Below, one piece after another: positions 47,111 through 64,000 of a stretch of DNA of 64,000 nucleotides. Every line of letters begins with the position of its first letter. The first letter of the stretch is position 1. This stretch comes from the human T2T-CHM13v2.0 reference genome, Homo sapiens. The notes below the pieces were generated by a model that ran no database searches, was not told where the DNA came from, and saw nothing but the letters and a program-made list of their open reading frames with translations. The stretch is from the NCBI GenBank assembly GCA_009914755.4, contig CP068257.2, positions 9,600,001 to 9,664,000 on the forward strand, written 5' to 3'. A program made the position numbers and the translations under genes.

Positions 47111-47678
47111 TTATGGATTGAGTTGCATGTATTTGAATATTAGTTTTGTTATTCTTGCAACTTATTAGGGGGTTTGACACTTTTTCTAAATTACAATTGG
47201 GTGAAATTTTTGCAATTGATAAATTGCTAGATAACATAATCTAGCTCATATTATATGATAACTTTAGATGTTAAATCAGTAATAAACCTTATGAAGATCT
47301 ATGTTTCTAGGAAACAATTACTTCAACAAGAAGGGAAAGTAAAGACAGAAGGTAAAACAAAATATAAGACGAAATAAAATAAAGATGGGAATTGAATGCC
47401 ATAGAAGTGTGGAAGTTGGAAGGAAAGTTTCTAAAATTATTTGGATAAAAAGGAAGCCATATATTTTACTGAATCTTCTAGATGGGTTTTAATTCTGTAT
47501 CCTTTCATACTCATGTACTATGCCTTTTTTTCAACTTTTCATTCCACTTGTACTTCCTAACTTATGATGAATTTACCTATATAGAGTCCTTTTATCATTT
47601 AGACTAAAATTGTATTTATTTGAAGGTAAGAACGGTCATATACTTCTTAGTTGTTTTCAGAATTGAAAACATGGTTGA

Positions 47679-47993
<315 letters not shown>

Positions 47994-50504
47994 TCAATAT
48001 CCATGTGATAAATTGAGTTAGAAAGCCAATGAGAGCTTAGCTAATATAAAGGTGATGGAATTCACTATCAAAACTTTTCAGAGACTTAGAAAAAATATGG
48101 AAAATTAGTGAAAATGTAACAGAATGAGGCTTGAAATCAAGATAATTAAACTGCAAACTTTAAGAAGGCAGGAAAGATATCCTTTACTTAGTTTGTCTTG
48201 TCCAACTAATGGTTAGTTGAATGCCATGCACATAACGCATCCCTCTGAGTACTTATTGAATAAATGTAGAATGTCATTCTGGAATAAATTGAGGCAAGAA
48301 ACTAGAGGGATAGCAGTGTGAAAAGTGAGATTAATTTATTTGGTATAGAGTCAGTAAATTTAAGTGGGCCATTTGAAACAACAAGCTTAAAAGAAAACCA
48401 AATAAGCATTTTCAATGCATAGAAATGCAACCATTTTTCTCCTTCTGTACTTTATCCATTCAAACATTGCTTGAAAAAAAATATAACTTTCAGTCTTGCT
48501 TTTTTATCTCCACCAAACTCAGATAATTTTGGTCATTGATGACCTAAGCTAATTCCTATTTTAGAATGCTACGGACGAACGAATCTCAAAACTTCTTTTA
48601 ACCAACTTATTTTATTCCATTTCCTAAGGAATAGAAATTTTTTACCTCCAACCAGGGGAGCTATGAAACAAACTCCCTATTTATTTCCAATCTAAACACA
48701 TTTGATAAAACAGGCAGAGGAATTTTTTATCAGATCTGTATTTTAAATTTTCATGACTGTTGTTCAAGAGTTTCCATTCTTCTTCATAAATATGTAGAGG
48801 CTTAAAATTCTTTTCTGAAAAATAAACTGCTATTTTAAATGATTTTAACTCATATTTATAATACCTTTTTTTATTCTCTGATGATCTCTTGCTGTTTTTC
48901 TTTCTCTAGAAATGTTCTAAGAATAAATTAGCTGTTATACTAAGAAAGGTTCACAAAATGAGTCCTTCACCTATACAGCACCTCTTCTAAATAACAGAGA
49001 GATTACAAATCCAATGTATTTAAACTCTGAGATGTCTATATGTGTAGTGTTAAAAAATGTAGCTGTCAGTTTTAACAGCTTTTCCCCTGAGATTTCAGTG
49101 GCTAGCTAATGATCTCTTTTAAGGATTAGGACAATTTCTAGATAGTGAAATGGCAGGAAAACATATCAAATACATATTTTTCCATTATACTATTCTGAGG
49201 ACTGTAAAGTCTTACTCAATGTATATCACTTTTAATTTTTAGGATACATAGAAATATTTGCTAGTAGAAATAAATGGCAGCTGTTTACTTGAAGATGGTT
49301 TAGAAAGATGCTTTTCTCTTTTAATTTGAATTGCTACTGTAAATGTCATCACATGTATTTCAGTATTGTCTATGCCAACTTTGTACCTGAAAAACAGTAT
49401 TATGAATTGGGCATTATATTCCATCTTCATAAATTAAAAAAGAAACATAATAACTAGCGAAGTGGAATGAGGAAGGTGTGGGGAGACACAGAATTTTTCA
49501 AAAGTAGTAACAAATTCAAGCATGTATTAGCTTAATATATCATAACTTAAATGATTTAAATTAGGTATATGTTTATACCAATAAGTTTTAAATTCTTAAT
49601 TCTAACCTCATCAAGTACCAACAAAGAATGCCCTTCCATATTAATACACTTTGGGAATTAAGATAAAGTATATGTAATTAAATCATCAAACTCCTTTTGT
49701 TGTTTAGCAGGTAGTTTGATATAATAAGAGAAATTGTGTTCTCATTATATATTTGTCACAATGAATGAATGTAAAACCTTAATCAGGCTATCTGACTTCT
49801 TTTAGTGACATTACCCTTTTTGCAACCAACACATCAAATTAGTAATATTTATCCTACAAAAATAATGTGAAGATAAATGAGATAACATATATAATAGTCA
49901 CAAATACTTATTGAATAAAGCTGTTTTTATTTATATATTTCTATGTACTTACTAGATATGTTCTTATTAAATATTTTATTATGGTATATGTCAAGTCTTT
50001 TACTTCTTTTTTTATACTTAGTATATTATAGAACTCATCTTCCAATAAAATTGTAATACAATTTTCTTGATTTACTAATCCTAGGTGAAAAAAATATATA
50101 TATATATATGTTGTCTTCTGTTTGAATTATGCTTAGTGGATGGCATTTTCAATAATCTCTCTGATTCTTCCTTTTCCTGTTTAAACTACTCTCATTCTCA
50201 TTGTGGCCTAGAGTTCTTTTTCCCTAATATTGCCTTCAGAAGGCTAAGTTTCTAATATAATAACAATTTGAGTCTTTACCACTTCTCTCTAGAATCGTGA
50301 TTTAGACTAGGTTATTAGAGTAAACAATATGATTCCAAATTTTTTCTTTTTTTTAATGGGCTAGCATCCAAAAAGCTTAAGAATTCTTGGGGGAAATGAC
50401 ATAATTAAGCTAGATTATTTTAATTTAAATTCAGAATTAAAAATCATTTTCAATAGCTTCTTTGTCTTAATTTAACAAGCTTTTGTTGAACATTGATTAT
50501 ATTT

Positions 50505-50975
50505 TGAATTCTATTTTTTCTTTTATTTTTAGTTGGCACATAATTATACGTATTTATGGGATACAGAGTGATATTTTGATACATGTATACAATATGAAAT
50601 AATCTAATCAGAGTAATTAGCATATCTATCACCTTGTACATTTGTCATTTCCTTGTGATGTGAATATTCAGAATTCTGTCTGGTACGTTTTTAAAAAAAT
50701 TCACTAAATTATTGTTAACTTAATTCACCCTACAGTGCTACAGAACAGTAGAGCTATTCCTCCCTTCTAGCTACAACTTTGTTACAAAGTTAACTTTGCT
50801 TACCAACCTCTTTCCATCCTCTTCTTATTCCCATCCTTTCCAGCCTCTGATAACTACAATTCTACTTGTTACTTTTATAAGTTCATTTTTACCTCCCACA
50901 TATAAGTGAGAACATGTGGTTTTTCTCTCTCTGTGCCTGTCTTATTTCACTTAACGTAATGTCCTCCAGGCTCAT
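50505..50975 (-). mobile_element. LINE-1 (older primate L1P) 3'UTR fragment, antisense
   Basis: 'tttagttggcacataattatacgtatttatgggatacagagtgatattttgatacatgtatacaatatgaaataatctaatcagagtaattagcatatctatcaccttgtacatttgtcatttccttgtgatg...ttattgttaacttaattcaccctacagtgctacagaacagtagagctattcctc...ccagcctctgataactacaattctacttg...tttacctcccacatataagtgagaacatgtggtttttctctctctgtgcctgtcttatttcacttaacgtaatgtcctccaggctcatccacgttgtaac' matches the L1P antisense 3' region: 'gggtacatgagatattttgatacaggcatacaatgtgtaataatcacatcagggtaaatggggtatccatcacctcaagcatttatcatttctttgtgttacaaac...ccagcctctggtaaccatcattctactctc...cttaacataatgacctccagttccatccatgttg'. Confidence 0.8.
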
Positions 50976-52748
50976 CCACGTTGTAACTAATAACATGATT
51001 TCAATTCATTACAAAACTTAAAAGGATACTCAACAGTGCCAAACATTCTATTTTAGTTTCCCAATGCATTCACTCCCACAGCATTCATAACAATAACCTT
51101 CTACAAAGTTACCACGTCTTATGCTAAATTGACAAGATCTCCCAATATTAAGTAAATTCTGTCCTTAGCTCTCCCTCTCATTTTAGTATTATCATTCTCA
51201 TTAATGAATAATTCCCTTTTTGTTAAAAGTTTACATTGACCTACCGTTGTCCTTCAGTTATCAACTTACTTTGTATTCTTTCTTTGAAAGAAATCAATCA
51301 AACAATAGACAGTCTCCTTCAATATTTCCTGTACTGTCTTCAACCCACTTAGCTGAGTACTTTCTTTTTTCTCTACTTACTCACTTTTTCCCGAGTGTTC
51401 TCAAGCATTTTCATGGGTTTAAAGGCCAGTTACATGATAGCATCTCAGAATATTTCCCATTTTGGTATCTTCTCTGAGGTAGAGCTTTGCATAGTCATCT
51501 ACTTACTTAATATCAAATGTGGATTGTTTTATAGACAACTGAAATTCATAATGTTTTAAGTAGAGTTTTGTTATTTTCTCTGCTTCCCAGTTTGTGTGTG
51601 TATGTTTGTTTGTTTACTTCAGCTGGTGTTCCCATTGATTTTATCTTATCTAATACACCAAAACCCTATCAGTAGCTGTTTTCTTCAAACTTGCACATAT
51701 CTTAAATATGTATTTCATTATTTTGAACAAGGTCTCCACCTTCTTGTCCTTTCACTTTAATAGTTTTCTAATTCATTTCCTTGTGTTTATTCTTGTCCCA
51801 GTAAAAATTATTCTTGGTTTAAGAGGCAGAGATATATATGTATTATAAACACAGGGAAACAAATTAGATATAAACCAATTATTATAAACCAATGTAATAA
51901 TAATAATATATATTACATTTTTTTCTTTTTTATTTCTTCTTTTTCTTTTTTATTTTTTGTAATGTAAGCAAGATTCTTTCCCTCCTTTGCCTTAAATCCT
52001 TTAGTTACTTGTGGAGTACAATTACAAATCTCCAGGATGCTAAAGCTCTGCTCTGCTGTCTACAATCAAAGGCACCATTCAAGACCCTCACTCCTAACGA
52101 GACAGGGCTCTTTCCACTCTTGAAACACAGTTTTTCCCCATGTCAGGGTTTTGCACAAGGTAACAACTTGTCTTTGAAGCTTCATAGTTTGGCTTGTTAA
52201 TCAAATGGTTCCTTTTCCATATTTAAGTCATCACTTTACATTTCATTTTCTTGGAGAGGTCTTCGCATGACTCCAAGCTATCACCAGTTATGTGCTATCG
52301 TAGAACATGGTTTATCCAGAAATAGTGATAACTTTCATCACTATTGATCATTCTTTGGTTTTCTTTACATTTATTTTATATCTTAAACACTGTAATATAA
52401 AAGACCTCAGGGATGGACCATGAATTTTATATTTAGCACAATACTTCAGAAGATCCATACTATCCTTTTTCTTTTTTATTCATTTTATTTTAAAATTTTC
52501 ATTTTGAACTACTTTAAAGCTTACAAAAATATATTTTAAAAAATCAAGAGTTCCTATATATTCTTCACCCAGCTTCTTGACTGCTAACACCAATCTAAGA
52601 GTACAGTTACTCACATTAGGAAATTGATATGGAATTAGTTACTTACCTACATATTTTGTTCATGGTTCCACTAATGTTTTTTAACTAGGATCAAAATCAG
52701 GGTCACACATTGCATTTATCTGCTACATTTCTTTAGTCTTCTTTATCT

Positions 52749-53038
<290 letters not shown>

Positions 53039-53892
53039 TTAAAAAAGAAAATTCAGCTTTTCTTTTTGTCTTTCATGCCCTTGATACTTGTTTTTTGTAG
53101 ATTATTCTGAAGTTTGATTTTTTTCTAATATTTCTTCATGGTTAAATTCACATAATATATTTTGGCAAGAATGCCACAATGCCGAGGTTGTCCTTCTCAG
53201 TGCATCATATCAGGAGGCACATGATATCATCGTGTCCTAATACTGTTGACATTAACTCTGATCACTTGAATAAGATATTGTCTGCCACATTTCTCCACTT
53301 CAAAGTTACCATTTTTAAAATCAGTATTTTGTTGAGAGATACTTGGAGATTATGTAAATATCTTGTTTCTCATAATTGTATCCACTAATTTTAGCAGACT
53401 TGTCTGCAACAATTATATGGTATTTGCCAAGAAATGAGAATCTATTTCCACTATTCTTTCTATATTTATTGATTAGAATTCTACTGTATGGAAAAGCTTT
53501 CCTTTGTCCCACTTTTCTTATTTATCCAATTATTTATTTATATTAGTGTGGATTCATGTGTATTTGGTTTAATTAATCTGAATAATCTATTGCCATCATT
53601 ATTTATTCCCTTGCTCAATTTATCTCAGTTTGTGTCACTGAGAGCCACTTCTAGTTAGCTCCTATGTTCTTTGGCATGTCTCCATCATTAGTTGAGACTT
53701 CCTTATTTTCTTAACAACAACAGATGTCTCAGACCCATTTTGTTCTTTCTGCCGCATGCACCTAGAATCAGGCATTGATCCAAGCAGCTCTGTATCCTTT
53801 TAACGAAGAAAAAAGTGAATCCAAGATTTGAATGCTAGATGTGCTGATTGCTATTAAAATGTTATTGCTTCTAGTCTTAGTGGTTAAAATTA

Positions 53893-54225
<333 letters not shown>

Positions 54226-54464
54226 TCACACACAAACATGTGCATCTAGGTCTATTTATATATCTACACATTCTTTTCAATTTCTATCTAATGTAGAAAA
54301 AAAGTAAACTTAAGTATATATTGATAGTTTTGATTCTGATTGAACACCATAAGTGTTATTCTAGTCTCCACTCCCCTTCATTTCTAAATTCTTTTTCTAA
54401 AACAGAATCACTTAGTTTTGTTTTAGTTAATATACTTAATATAATCATTTGCTTTTTATTTTTA

Positions 54465-54597
54465 TTTTTTTAAATTTCAACTTTTAGATTTGAGGATATA
54501 TGTGAGGGTTTGTTACAGAGTATACTGCATGATGCTGAGGTTTGGGGTATGACTGAACCCATCATCCAGGTAGTGAGCATAGAACCCAAGAGGTATT
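54465..54597 (-). mobile_element. Short LINE-1 (L1P) extreme 3'-end fragment, antisense
   Basis: 'tttagatttgaggatatatgtgagggtttgttacagagtatactgcatgatgctgaggtttggggtatgactgaacccatcatccaggtagtgagcatagaacccaagaggtattttc' matches the same L1P consensus block used for 39305-39600. Confidence 0.75.
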
Positions 54598-56487
54598 TTC
54601 TATGGCACTTTACACATTCTAGAAAACTGGTTGTTAATTAGCACAAGCACCTATAATAGTGCCTGATATATTTAATACTCAAAATATATGTTAAATTAAA
54701 AACAAATGTATAAATTAATGGTTGACTATCATAATAATTACTCAAAATGTAACATAATTCCAAAGGAGAAAACTTTTTTCTAAAAAGGCTCTCTCAATTG
54801 CTCTTTCTGATTTATTATTTTCCCCAAATCTGTAGTTGCTTCATTATTGTTTGGAATTTTGCATTAGTTGTCAACAAACAAAAAATATGGATCATACCAC
54901 AGCTCTTTCATTGCTTTCATTTCTTGAGATATATGAATGTATGTGATATCTTTGATGTCCTGTATTTTATCTTTATTGCTTTTTGTTACTTAAGAACATC
55001 TAGAAAAGAAGATAAATATTAATCATGTCAGAAATTATCAAAGGTTGATTACAATAAAAATTTCTCTAATGTGATAACCACTCAAAAACTTCCTTCTTCA
55101 TCAAAACACAGTATTTTTTAAAAAATAGAGTGCTTCATTTTTATTTCACAGAAAATAATCAAATGATAGCCATAATATTATGAACTAGAGTCACATAGGC
55201 TATTCTAATAATACTTTTTGTGAAAGAAGTATTGAGGAGGTCTTAGGACCAAAGAATATTTGTTTAATAGTGTCAGAATTCATTTTAACACCATAAAAAG
55301 GATATGTATTTGTTCAATTTCACTCACTGCACAAAGAATTAGATAAAAGAAGATTTTCAGTAATAGCATTCATTTTGAGTCTTACCAATCCTTTCAGTTT
55401 TGGTATAACAAAAAGGCTATTAGCTTTTACTCTGTTGTGTTGAATTTTGATGATTTCTGACAGTCTTCACTGAGATGCTCAAAGAGATGAGACTTGCCAG
55501 TCTAATAACTTAAGATCTCATTAAATTTACCAGCAACATAAAAGCTATTTCTGCCTCTTAACTTTTTGATGTGTTGCCTTTTTCTAATCCTCTTCTCAGG
55601 ACCTATTTGAAAGACAATAAAAATTTTGTTTTTGTGTGTTGAAAGATTTCTCCATTATCAAGAGAGTAGTCAGTTCTTAACTTTAGAATGATTGTATATA
55701 TAGATATGAAAAATAAGGAAACAATTATTAAGAAAACTAATCAAATTTTGTACTAACATTTAGTAATTTTAACAAAATTATTGTGCATTGTATTTTGCAG
55801 CATTTATGCAGAGGATATACTAACCTGTTTAAATTTTTAGACACAAATAGTAGAAAATAGAACATCATCATTTTCAGGAGCAAGGAAGTAACCTGTGAAA
55901 AAGTGAATGCCTTTCTTCAAATAATATGCTAATGAAAGGCTGAGATATTAATGTCCAAATATTATAAAACGTTCATTTTAATATAATGTTTTACTTTATA
56001 TTTATATTGTATTGTATAACAAAGAAATGTGAGTCTTCTTACACCTGAGAACTTGAACTGGCAATCTACATATTGTTGTTGAAACAATTTTAAATTAAAC
56101 ATACAATGAGAGGGAAAAATGATTCTGTTGCCTCAATTTTAAAAGGAATATTTTGAAGAAATAATTTTCCATATAATAGCTTGTTATGATCTTGCCTTTT
56201 AGCCTCCCTGGATAAAGAAATGCATACTTATAATAATTGAAGGAAGACAATTTTCCTTGTTTTCTGCAAATTAGAAATATATTAGGCTATTAAATACATA
56301 ATTCAAAATATACAGAATAAAGGTATTATAGAACCTAAGAATTATATAAAGAATTATATACATAAAGTAATGAATACATATACAAATAGTATAAAAATAC
56401 TAAAAATAGTATTTGCTTATTGATTAATTACTATGGGTATTATATAACTCTTAGTTTCTACATTGCCTTTCTATTCTTAGTTATTAT

Positions 56488-56636
56488 AATAGGTATATTA
56501 TAATTACTAATACGTATAAACTACTTATAGTTTATATGAATGTGTTATATGTACATGTATATTATAATAACTAATACCTATAAACTATTTACAATTATAC
56601 ATATTATAATAACTAATAAATATAAACTACTTATTG
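56488..56636. repeat. AT-rich tandem duplication: about 3 copies of a roughly 35-bp motif 'tattataatNactaataNNtataaactacttat' with spacers
   Basis: Units at 56497-56531, 56559-56593 and 56602-56636. They differ by only 2-4 bases. Confidence 0.75.
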
Positions 56637-57222
56637 TCAAAACTGTTTTTAACTATTAAAAGATAAAGCACACAGATATGTTTTCTTTACTAGGTATTCC
56701 CAGAAGCACTCATAAAACTCGGAGTTTTCATATAGCAGTGATTACAGACTTGCTATTTTTATTATTCCCATTTCATAGATTAAGAGCACAAGACTCATAT
56801 TAGTGTTATTTAGCCATGTCACAGAGCCAGTTCCCAGATATTTTTTCCACTTGTTTTGTCATGAAGAATGAGAAGTAGAATCAGCATCAAGTTTGTGCTA
56901 AACAAGTACAATAATAAGAAAGCACAGCAAATGCTGACTAGACTGTAAGAATATTTTTGCTTTTAGGCTACCCAAAAAAGATAAGATATATGAGGTGATC
57001 AAAGTGAATAATTATATAAACAAGAGGAATTAGAATATGAATAAGCCAGGAAAAATAGGAATAGTCCAAAAAAACACACACACCCATTTCTTATTTAAAC
57101 TTAAAAGGAGACAAATTCATTCAATCTATATATATTTATTTTGCTACCTCAATAGAGATAAATATCTTCTCTAAGAAAAATCCCACTTTACTTAATATGT
57201 ATCACATTTACCTAACAAGTAA

Positions 57223-57944
<722 letters not shown>

Positions 57945-58056
57945 GGATTATTTTATCATTGTAGAGAATAGCTTCTAGGTTATGAGAATATTAAATAAAA
58001 TAAACTGGAGAGACTCTCAGCAGCAAACTATGGTATGTAAGTATATAGGTAAATAT

Positions 58057-58139
58057 GTATCTATCTATCTATTTATCTATCTAATCTAGCCTATCTATCT
58101 ATCTATCTATCACCTATCTATCCATCTATCTATCTATCT
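58057..58139. repeat. (TATC)n / (GATA)n tetranucleotide STR, interrupted
   Basis: 'tatctatctatctatttatctatctaatctagcctatctatctatctatctatcacctatctatccatctatctatctatctc'. Confidence 0.95.
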
Positions 58140-59972
58140 CCTTTTCTTTCATTTATGTCTGGATCTGTACCAAACACCAGGCAGAGGAGTTAGGAGAAGT
58201 AACTGAAAAACCCATGGGTGACATCACCAACTAAAACAGGTGACAAATAATCAGCATAAAACCCAGGATACAAGAGTAATTGTCCTAATCATTGGCAGCA
58301 TAGGGCCAGTACCAGCTGGACTTAATGGCAAAGATAAAATGAAGATAAAAGGAAGTATTGTAAGATCTTAATATCAATAAACTACAACAAGAAATCATCA
58401 ATAATGCTCACTCCCAAAAGAAAAATACTTACCCTGAAGAAAAACAATTGGAACAAAATCAAAATTAATCAGAGAATCAGATAATCTGAGACAAGTAAGA
58501 TAATTTTTAGAAAATAATTTTTAGAAAAAAAAAATTTGAAGGTACATAAAATCAAATAGAAGTGGTACAAACTATAGTAAGAGATATAGAGTATAAAAAT
58601 AAGAGTAAAAAACAGAAATTGAGAGATTAAAAACATCTAAAAATTTTCTAAACATAGAACTTCGGCAAAGAATAGTAATACCCATGTAACGGTTATTTCT
58701 AAGAACAAAAATTAAAATAAAAAATAATATTAATTATTTGAGCATGAAGGTAAAAGGATAAGAAGTTTATATTGATAATAGACTTCTTGATAGCAACATT
58801 TTATACAGGATGATAATCAAGAAATGGTTTAATGATTATGAAACAGATAACACAGTAGCGAGATGAGATTTTATTCATCCAAACTATGAATCATGTCTAA
58901 GGAATGTAGAACATCATGAATATTTATGATTTTAAGAAACATTGTTCCTGTGATGGCTTTTTTAGAAATGTCCTACCTACTGACAAGAAGACAAACATCA
59001 TGTGAAGCTTCTGGATAAGGACTAAATATGTTTAATTTTATAATTAAGAACAAGTAATGGGGATTAAAGTGACAAAACATGATGCTATTAAGTGTGTTAA
59101 ACATGAAGAAATAATGCAACTCAACAACAAATGGAAAAAAGGAGAAGAAAAAGAAAGTAGACGAATCTTAATGACTATCTCAGGAGTATCTAACTGCCAT
59201 TAAAAAAATATGGAATTAAAGTAAATGTTAAGCAAAAAGAGAGAAGAAAGGAAAGAAAGTTTACTAGAATACAGTATTACTACTCATTGAAGAAATCAAT
59301 AGACAGTATTCAAACACACTAGAGGACTAGTATATTTTATTATAATATTATTATAAGATAATAATAAGAATAAACATAGAAACATTTATAAATACCAAAT
59401 GAGTATATCCTGCCCCTCAAATTAAAGTGTAAATACAGGGCAAGATTTTATATAAATTATTTATATAGCAAAAACTTATATAACAGAACTTAACACCAGC
59501 ATAACAGGTATATCAAAGACACAAATGGGCTTAACTCACCATTAAATGGCATACTTTTAGATTGGCTAATGGAGCAGAATCCAATCTATTCTGTGTGCAA
59601 GAAACATATTGAACAAGGCAATTCAGAATGGTTTAATGTAAAAGGAAGAGCAAAGATAGATCTTGTATGATAGCAAGATCCTGAAATAGTTGTCAGAATT
59701 TTGCTATGAGACAAGATAGAATTTAAGACAAAATAAATTTAACAGGATAAGGAAGGGAAATTTATTCTACAGAAGGATTCATGCTTCATTCTACATTAAA
59801 AATAAAATATATATTAATAACATACACAAAATTACAATTTTCATAAAGCAGAAAGAAGTTGAAAGAAGAAATAGACATTAAAACTGGAGATTTTAACATA
59901 GCTTATTAATTGGTAAGTCCTTGAAGAATGCAAATAAGCCTCACTTTTACTAATTAAAAAAAATTAACACAA

Positions 59973-60378
59973 ATACTGACAAAGACTCCTTCATCAAACT
60001 TTAGTCAGATTTTTGAGCTCTCGTCTCAACTAGATCTTCACCTAGGCCCCTTGCCTAGTCTCCATAGCTCACTTTTAACAAGAATCCTTAAGTCCATATA
60101 GACAGAATCTTGATATCTGATCACCCTGAGCTGCCTTCAGCAAGAATCCTGTTAATTTGGTTTAGCAAGAGTTCCCCTACTTTTGATGTCTCCTCTTAGT
60201 AATTTTCCATCCACTGACCCCCTCACACTGCTCTTTTGCTATAAATTTCCATGCGTGCTTGTATTTGGAATTGAGCTCCTTTCTCTACTAAAGTCTCTTT
60301 TCCTGTGTTGCAATAATTTCTGAATAAAATCTTTCTTTACTGCTTTAATTACCCTCTGGCTCTGGTTCTCTTTGACAT
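59973..60378 (+). mobile_element. Putative solo LTR (ERV family unassigned): TG...CA termini, a TATA-like motif and an AATAAA signal
   Basis: Starts 'tgacaaagactcc'. Contains '...ctcttttgctataaatttccatgcgtgcttgtatttggaattgagctcc...tgcaataatttctgaataaaatctttctttactgc'. Ends '...ctctggttctctttgaca'. Confidence 0.3.
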
Positions 60379-60454
60379 TACTCTTTGAAGAATCACTTTA
60401 GGGGAAAAGAATAAATGCAAGAAGACAAAGGCAGAGACTATTATCCAAATATAG

Positions 60455-62600
<2,146 letters not shown>

Positions 62601-62639
62601 GGAATGGAGATAATGATGATGGTAATGTCTTGGATACTG

Positions 62640-63010
62640 ATTGCAATGGACTGCATGTCTGTTGCCACCCTGTCTCTGAAACTTATAGGTGGAAATCCTA
62701 ACCCTTAATATGATGGTATTAGGAGGTGGGACTTTCAGGAGGTGGTTACATCATGAGGTTGGAGCCCTTCTAAATGGAACTAGTTCCCCTATATAATAGA
62801 CCCAAGAGAGTTCTCTCACTCTCTGGCATGTGAGGATACAAGAAGAAAATGGTAGTCTGCAACTTAGAAGAGAGATATCACTGAAACCTGGTCACTCTGG
62901 TACCATGGTCTCAGACTTCTAGCCTTTAGAACTGTGAAAAAATTGATTTTTGTTATTTCTAAGCCACCTAGTCTATAGGTCTTTGTGATAGCAGTCAGAA
63001 TTGACTAAAA
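62640..63010 (+). mobile_element. MaLR solo LTR, MLT1-like
   Basis: '...gttgccaccctgtctctgaaacttataggtggaaatcctaacccttaatatgatggtattaggaggtgggactttcaggaggtggttacatcatgaggttggagcccttctaaatggaactagt...ctctggcatgtgaggatacaagaagaaaatggtagtctgcaacttagaagagag...cagacttctagcctttagaactgtgaaaaaattgatttttgttatttctaagccacctagtctataggtctttgtgatagcagtc' is the same family as 32470-32880. The 3' block matches 'ccagcctccagaactgtgagaaataaat...ttgtttaagccacccagtctatggtattttgttatagcagcc'. Confidence 0.6.
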
Positions 63011-64000
63011 CAGTAATAGTAGCAATGGCGATGGAAAGAGTGAATGCATTTGATATATACTTTGAAGAAAGAAATAACAGGACTATCAGTCATGTGGATG
63101 TTTGGCATGAGAGAAATGCAAGATGGTAATTAAACAACTTTGTGTCTAAGTCTGAAGGTTGGAGAATAGGCAAAGGTAAAAGTAAAGCTATGGGAGTTAC
63201 CGACACTTATGAGCCCTTTAAAGGAATTATTTATTTTTATTGTTAAATCACCAAGGAAGGGTTGAAACAGACAATAGAAATTAATGCCAAATGAGCTGAA
63301 AAAAAAATGTGTTGCAATTAAGTTGGGAATAAAAAGCTGAGGTGGCAAGAAGAAAAGCAAGGTTGGTATATTTTTAAAGAACTCTATAATGAATAATGTT
63401 TTGAAGAGGAAGAAATTTTCAACAATTTGAAATGCTGCTGAGACTTTGGGAAATGTGAATGGTGCCCACGTAGAAGTTATTGACAGTCATTGAAACAACA
63501 CTCCCTTTAGCATTATGTATAAGAAACTAGATTAGAATGAAACAAATGGATTCTTAATTCCAGAATTGTGGAGAAATAGAAAATCTAAAAACTTATTGGA
63601 AACACAAGAAATGCAACATGAACTACAATAACCATCCATTTCAATAAAATTAGAGGATTTCAGGTTCAGGTCATGATAAAGTAGCACAAACTCACACCCT
63701 GAAGTTGGCTATAAAAGCTGGGCAAAATATGTTAGACAATTGTTGGAAGACACGGGAGAACAATCAATGTATACAGAGCTTGAGTGGGATTATTATTAAA
63801 AAGAAATAATTATAGACTATAAATTACATTCACTCAGACGTTTTTCCTCTAATAACATTTCCCAAATAGTGATGTGAAGAAAGAAAGCATACACAGAAAG
63901 TGAAATTTTACTGTGTTGAGGTGACAGAGATTAGAGTTCAGAGTATCTAGTGTGTATGGGGCTCATGAGACAAATTTCCAAGAAGGAGGTAACCACAGAG

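Noticed and set aside
58057-58139. Regularly spaced short repeats superficially reminiscent of a repeat array.
   Set aside because: It is a pure tetranucleotide (TATC)n microsatellite with no spacers. It is not CRISPR-like, and this is a eukaryotic genome anyway.

Overview
This window is primate (almost certainly human) nuclear DNA, not a prokaryotic locus. It is AT-rich (roughly 35% GC), gene-poor, and dominated by interspersed repeats. I found no convincing coding gene, CRISPR array, operon or novel 'system'. The six-frame ORFs are either inside LINE-1 elements, inside a ribosomal-protein processed pseudogene, or are chance ORFs in AT-rich sequence.

What I can support directly from the sequence:
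- **Alu elements (13 full or near-full, plus one free right monomer).** They span the S and Y families. One is an AluYb8 (23267-23584): it carries the Yb-lineage 7-bp 'GCAGTCC' duplication, an about 30-nt poly-T tail, intact CpGs and a 12-bp target-site duplication (TSD), so it is young and possibly polymorphic.
- **LINE-1 copies and fragments (at least eight).**
  - A young, 5'-truncated L1PA (60469-62600, + strand) has 196-aa and 416-aa stretches of uninterrupted ORF2 and a perfect 15-bp TSD.
  - An old L1 about 3.5 kb long (33640-37140) carries a nested AluY insertion with its own TSD.
- **MaLR LTRs.** One THE1/MST-type and two MLT1-type copies.
- **RPL7A processed pseudogene.** It is truncated, on the minus strand (10511-11432), and split by an AluY insertion. 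The Alu's 16-bp TSD is the pseudogene sequence encoding 'PYCII'.
- **A NUMT (28223-28382).** It is about 160 bp and about 98% identical to the human mitochondrial WANCY region, covering the light-strand origin of replication (OriL), tRNA-Cys and tRNA-Tyr.
- **Microsatellites.** These include (TC)n, a (GATA)n array, an (AAAT)n array grown from an Alu tail, a (CAAA)n array grown from an Alu linker, and long poly-A runs.
- **Local tandem duplications.** Two are described below.

The items most worth a second look are the NUMT, the AluYb8, the nested insertions with clean TSDs, and a 220-bp open frame ending at a consensus GTAAGT donor (26940-27159). All coordinates are read by eye and may be off by a few bases. 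Family assignments come from remembered consensus sequences and should be confirmed with RepeatMasker/Dfam.
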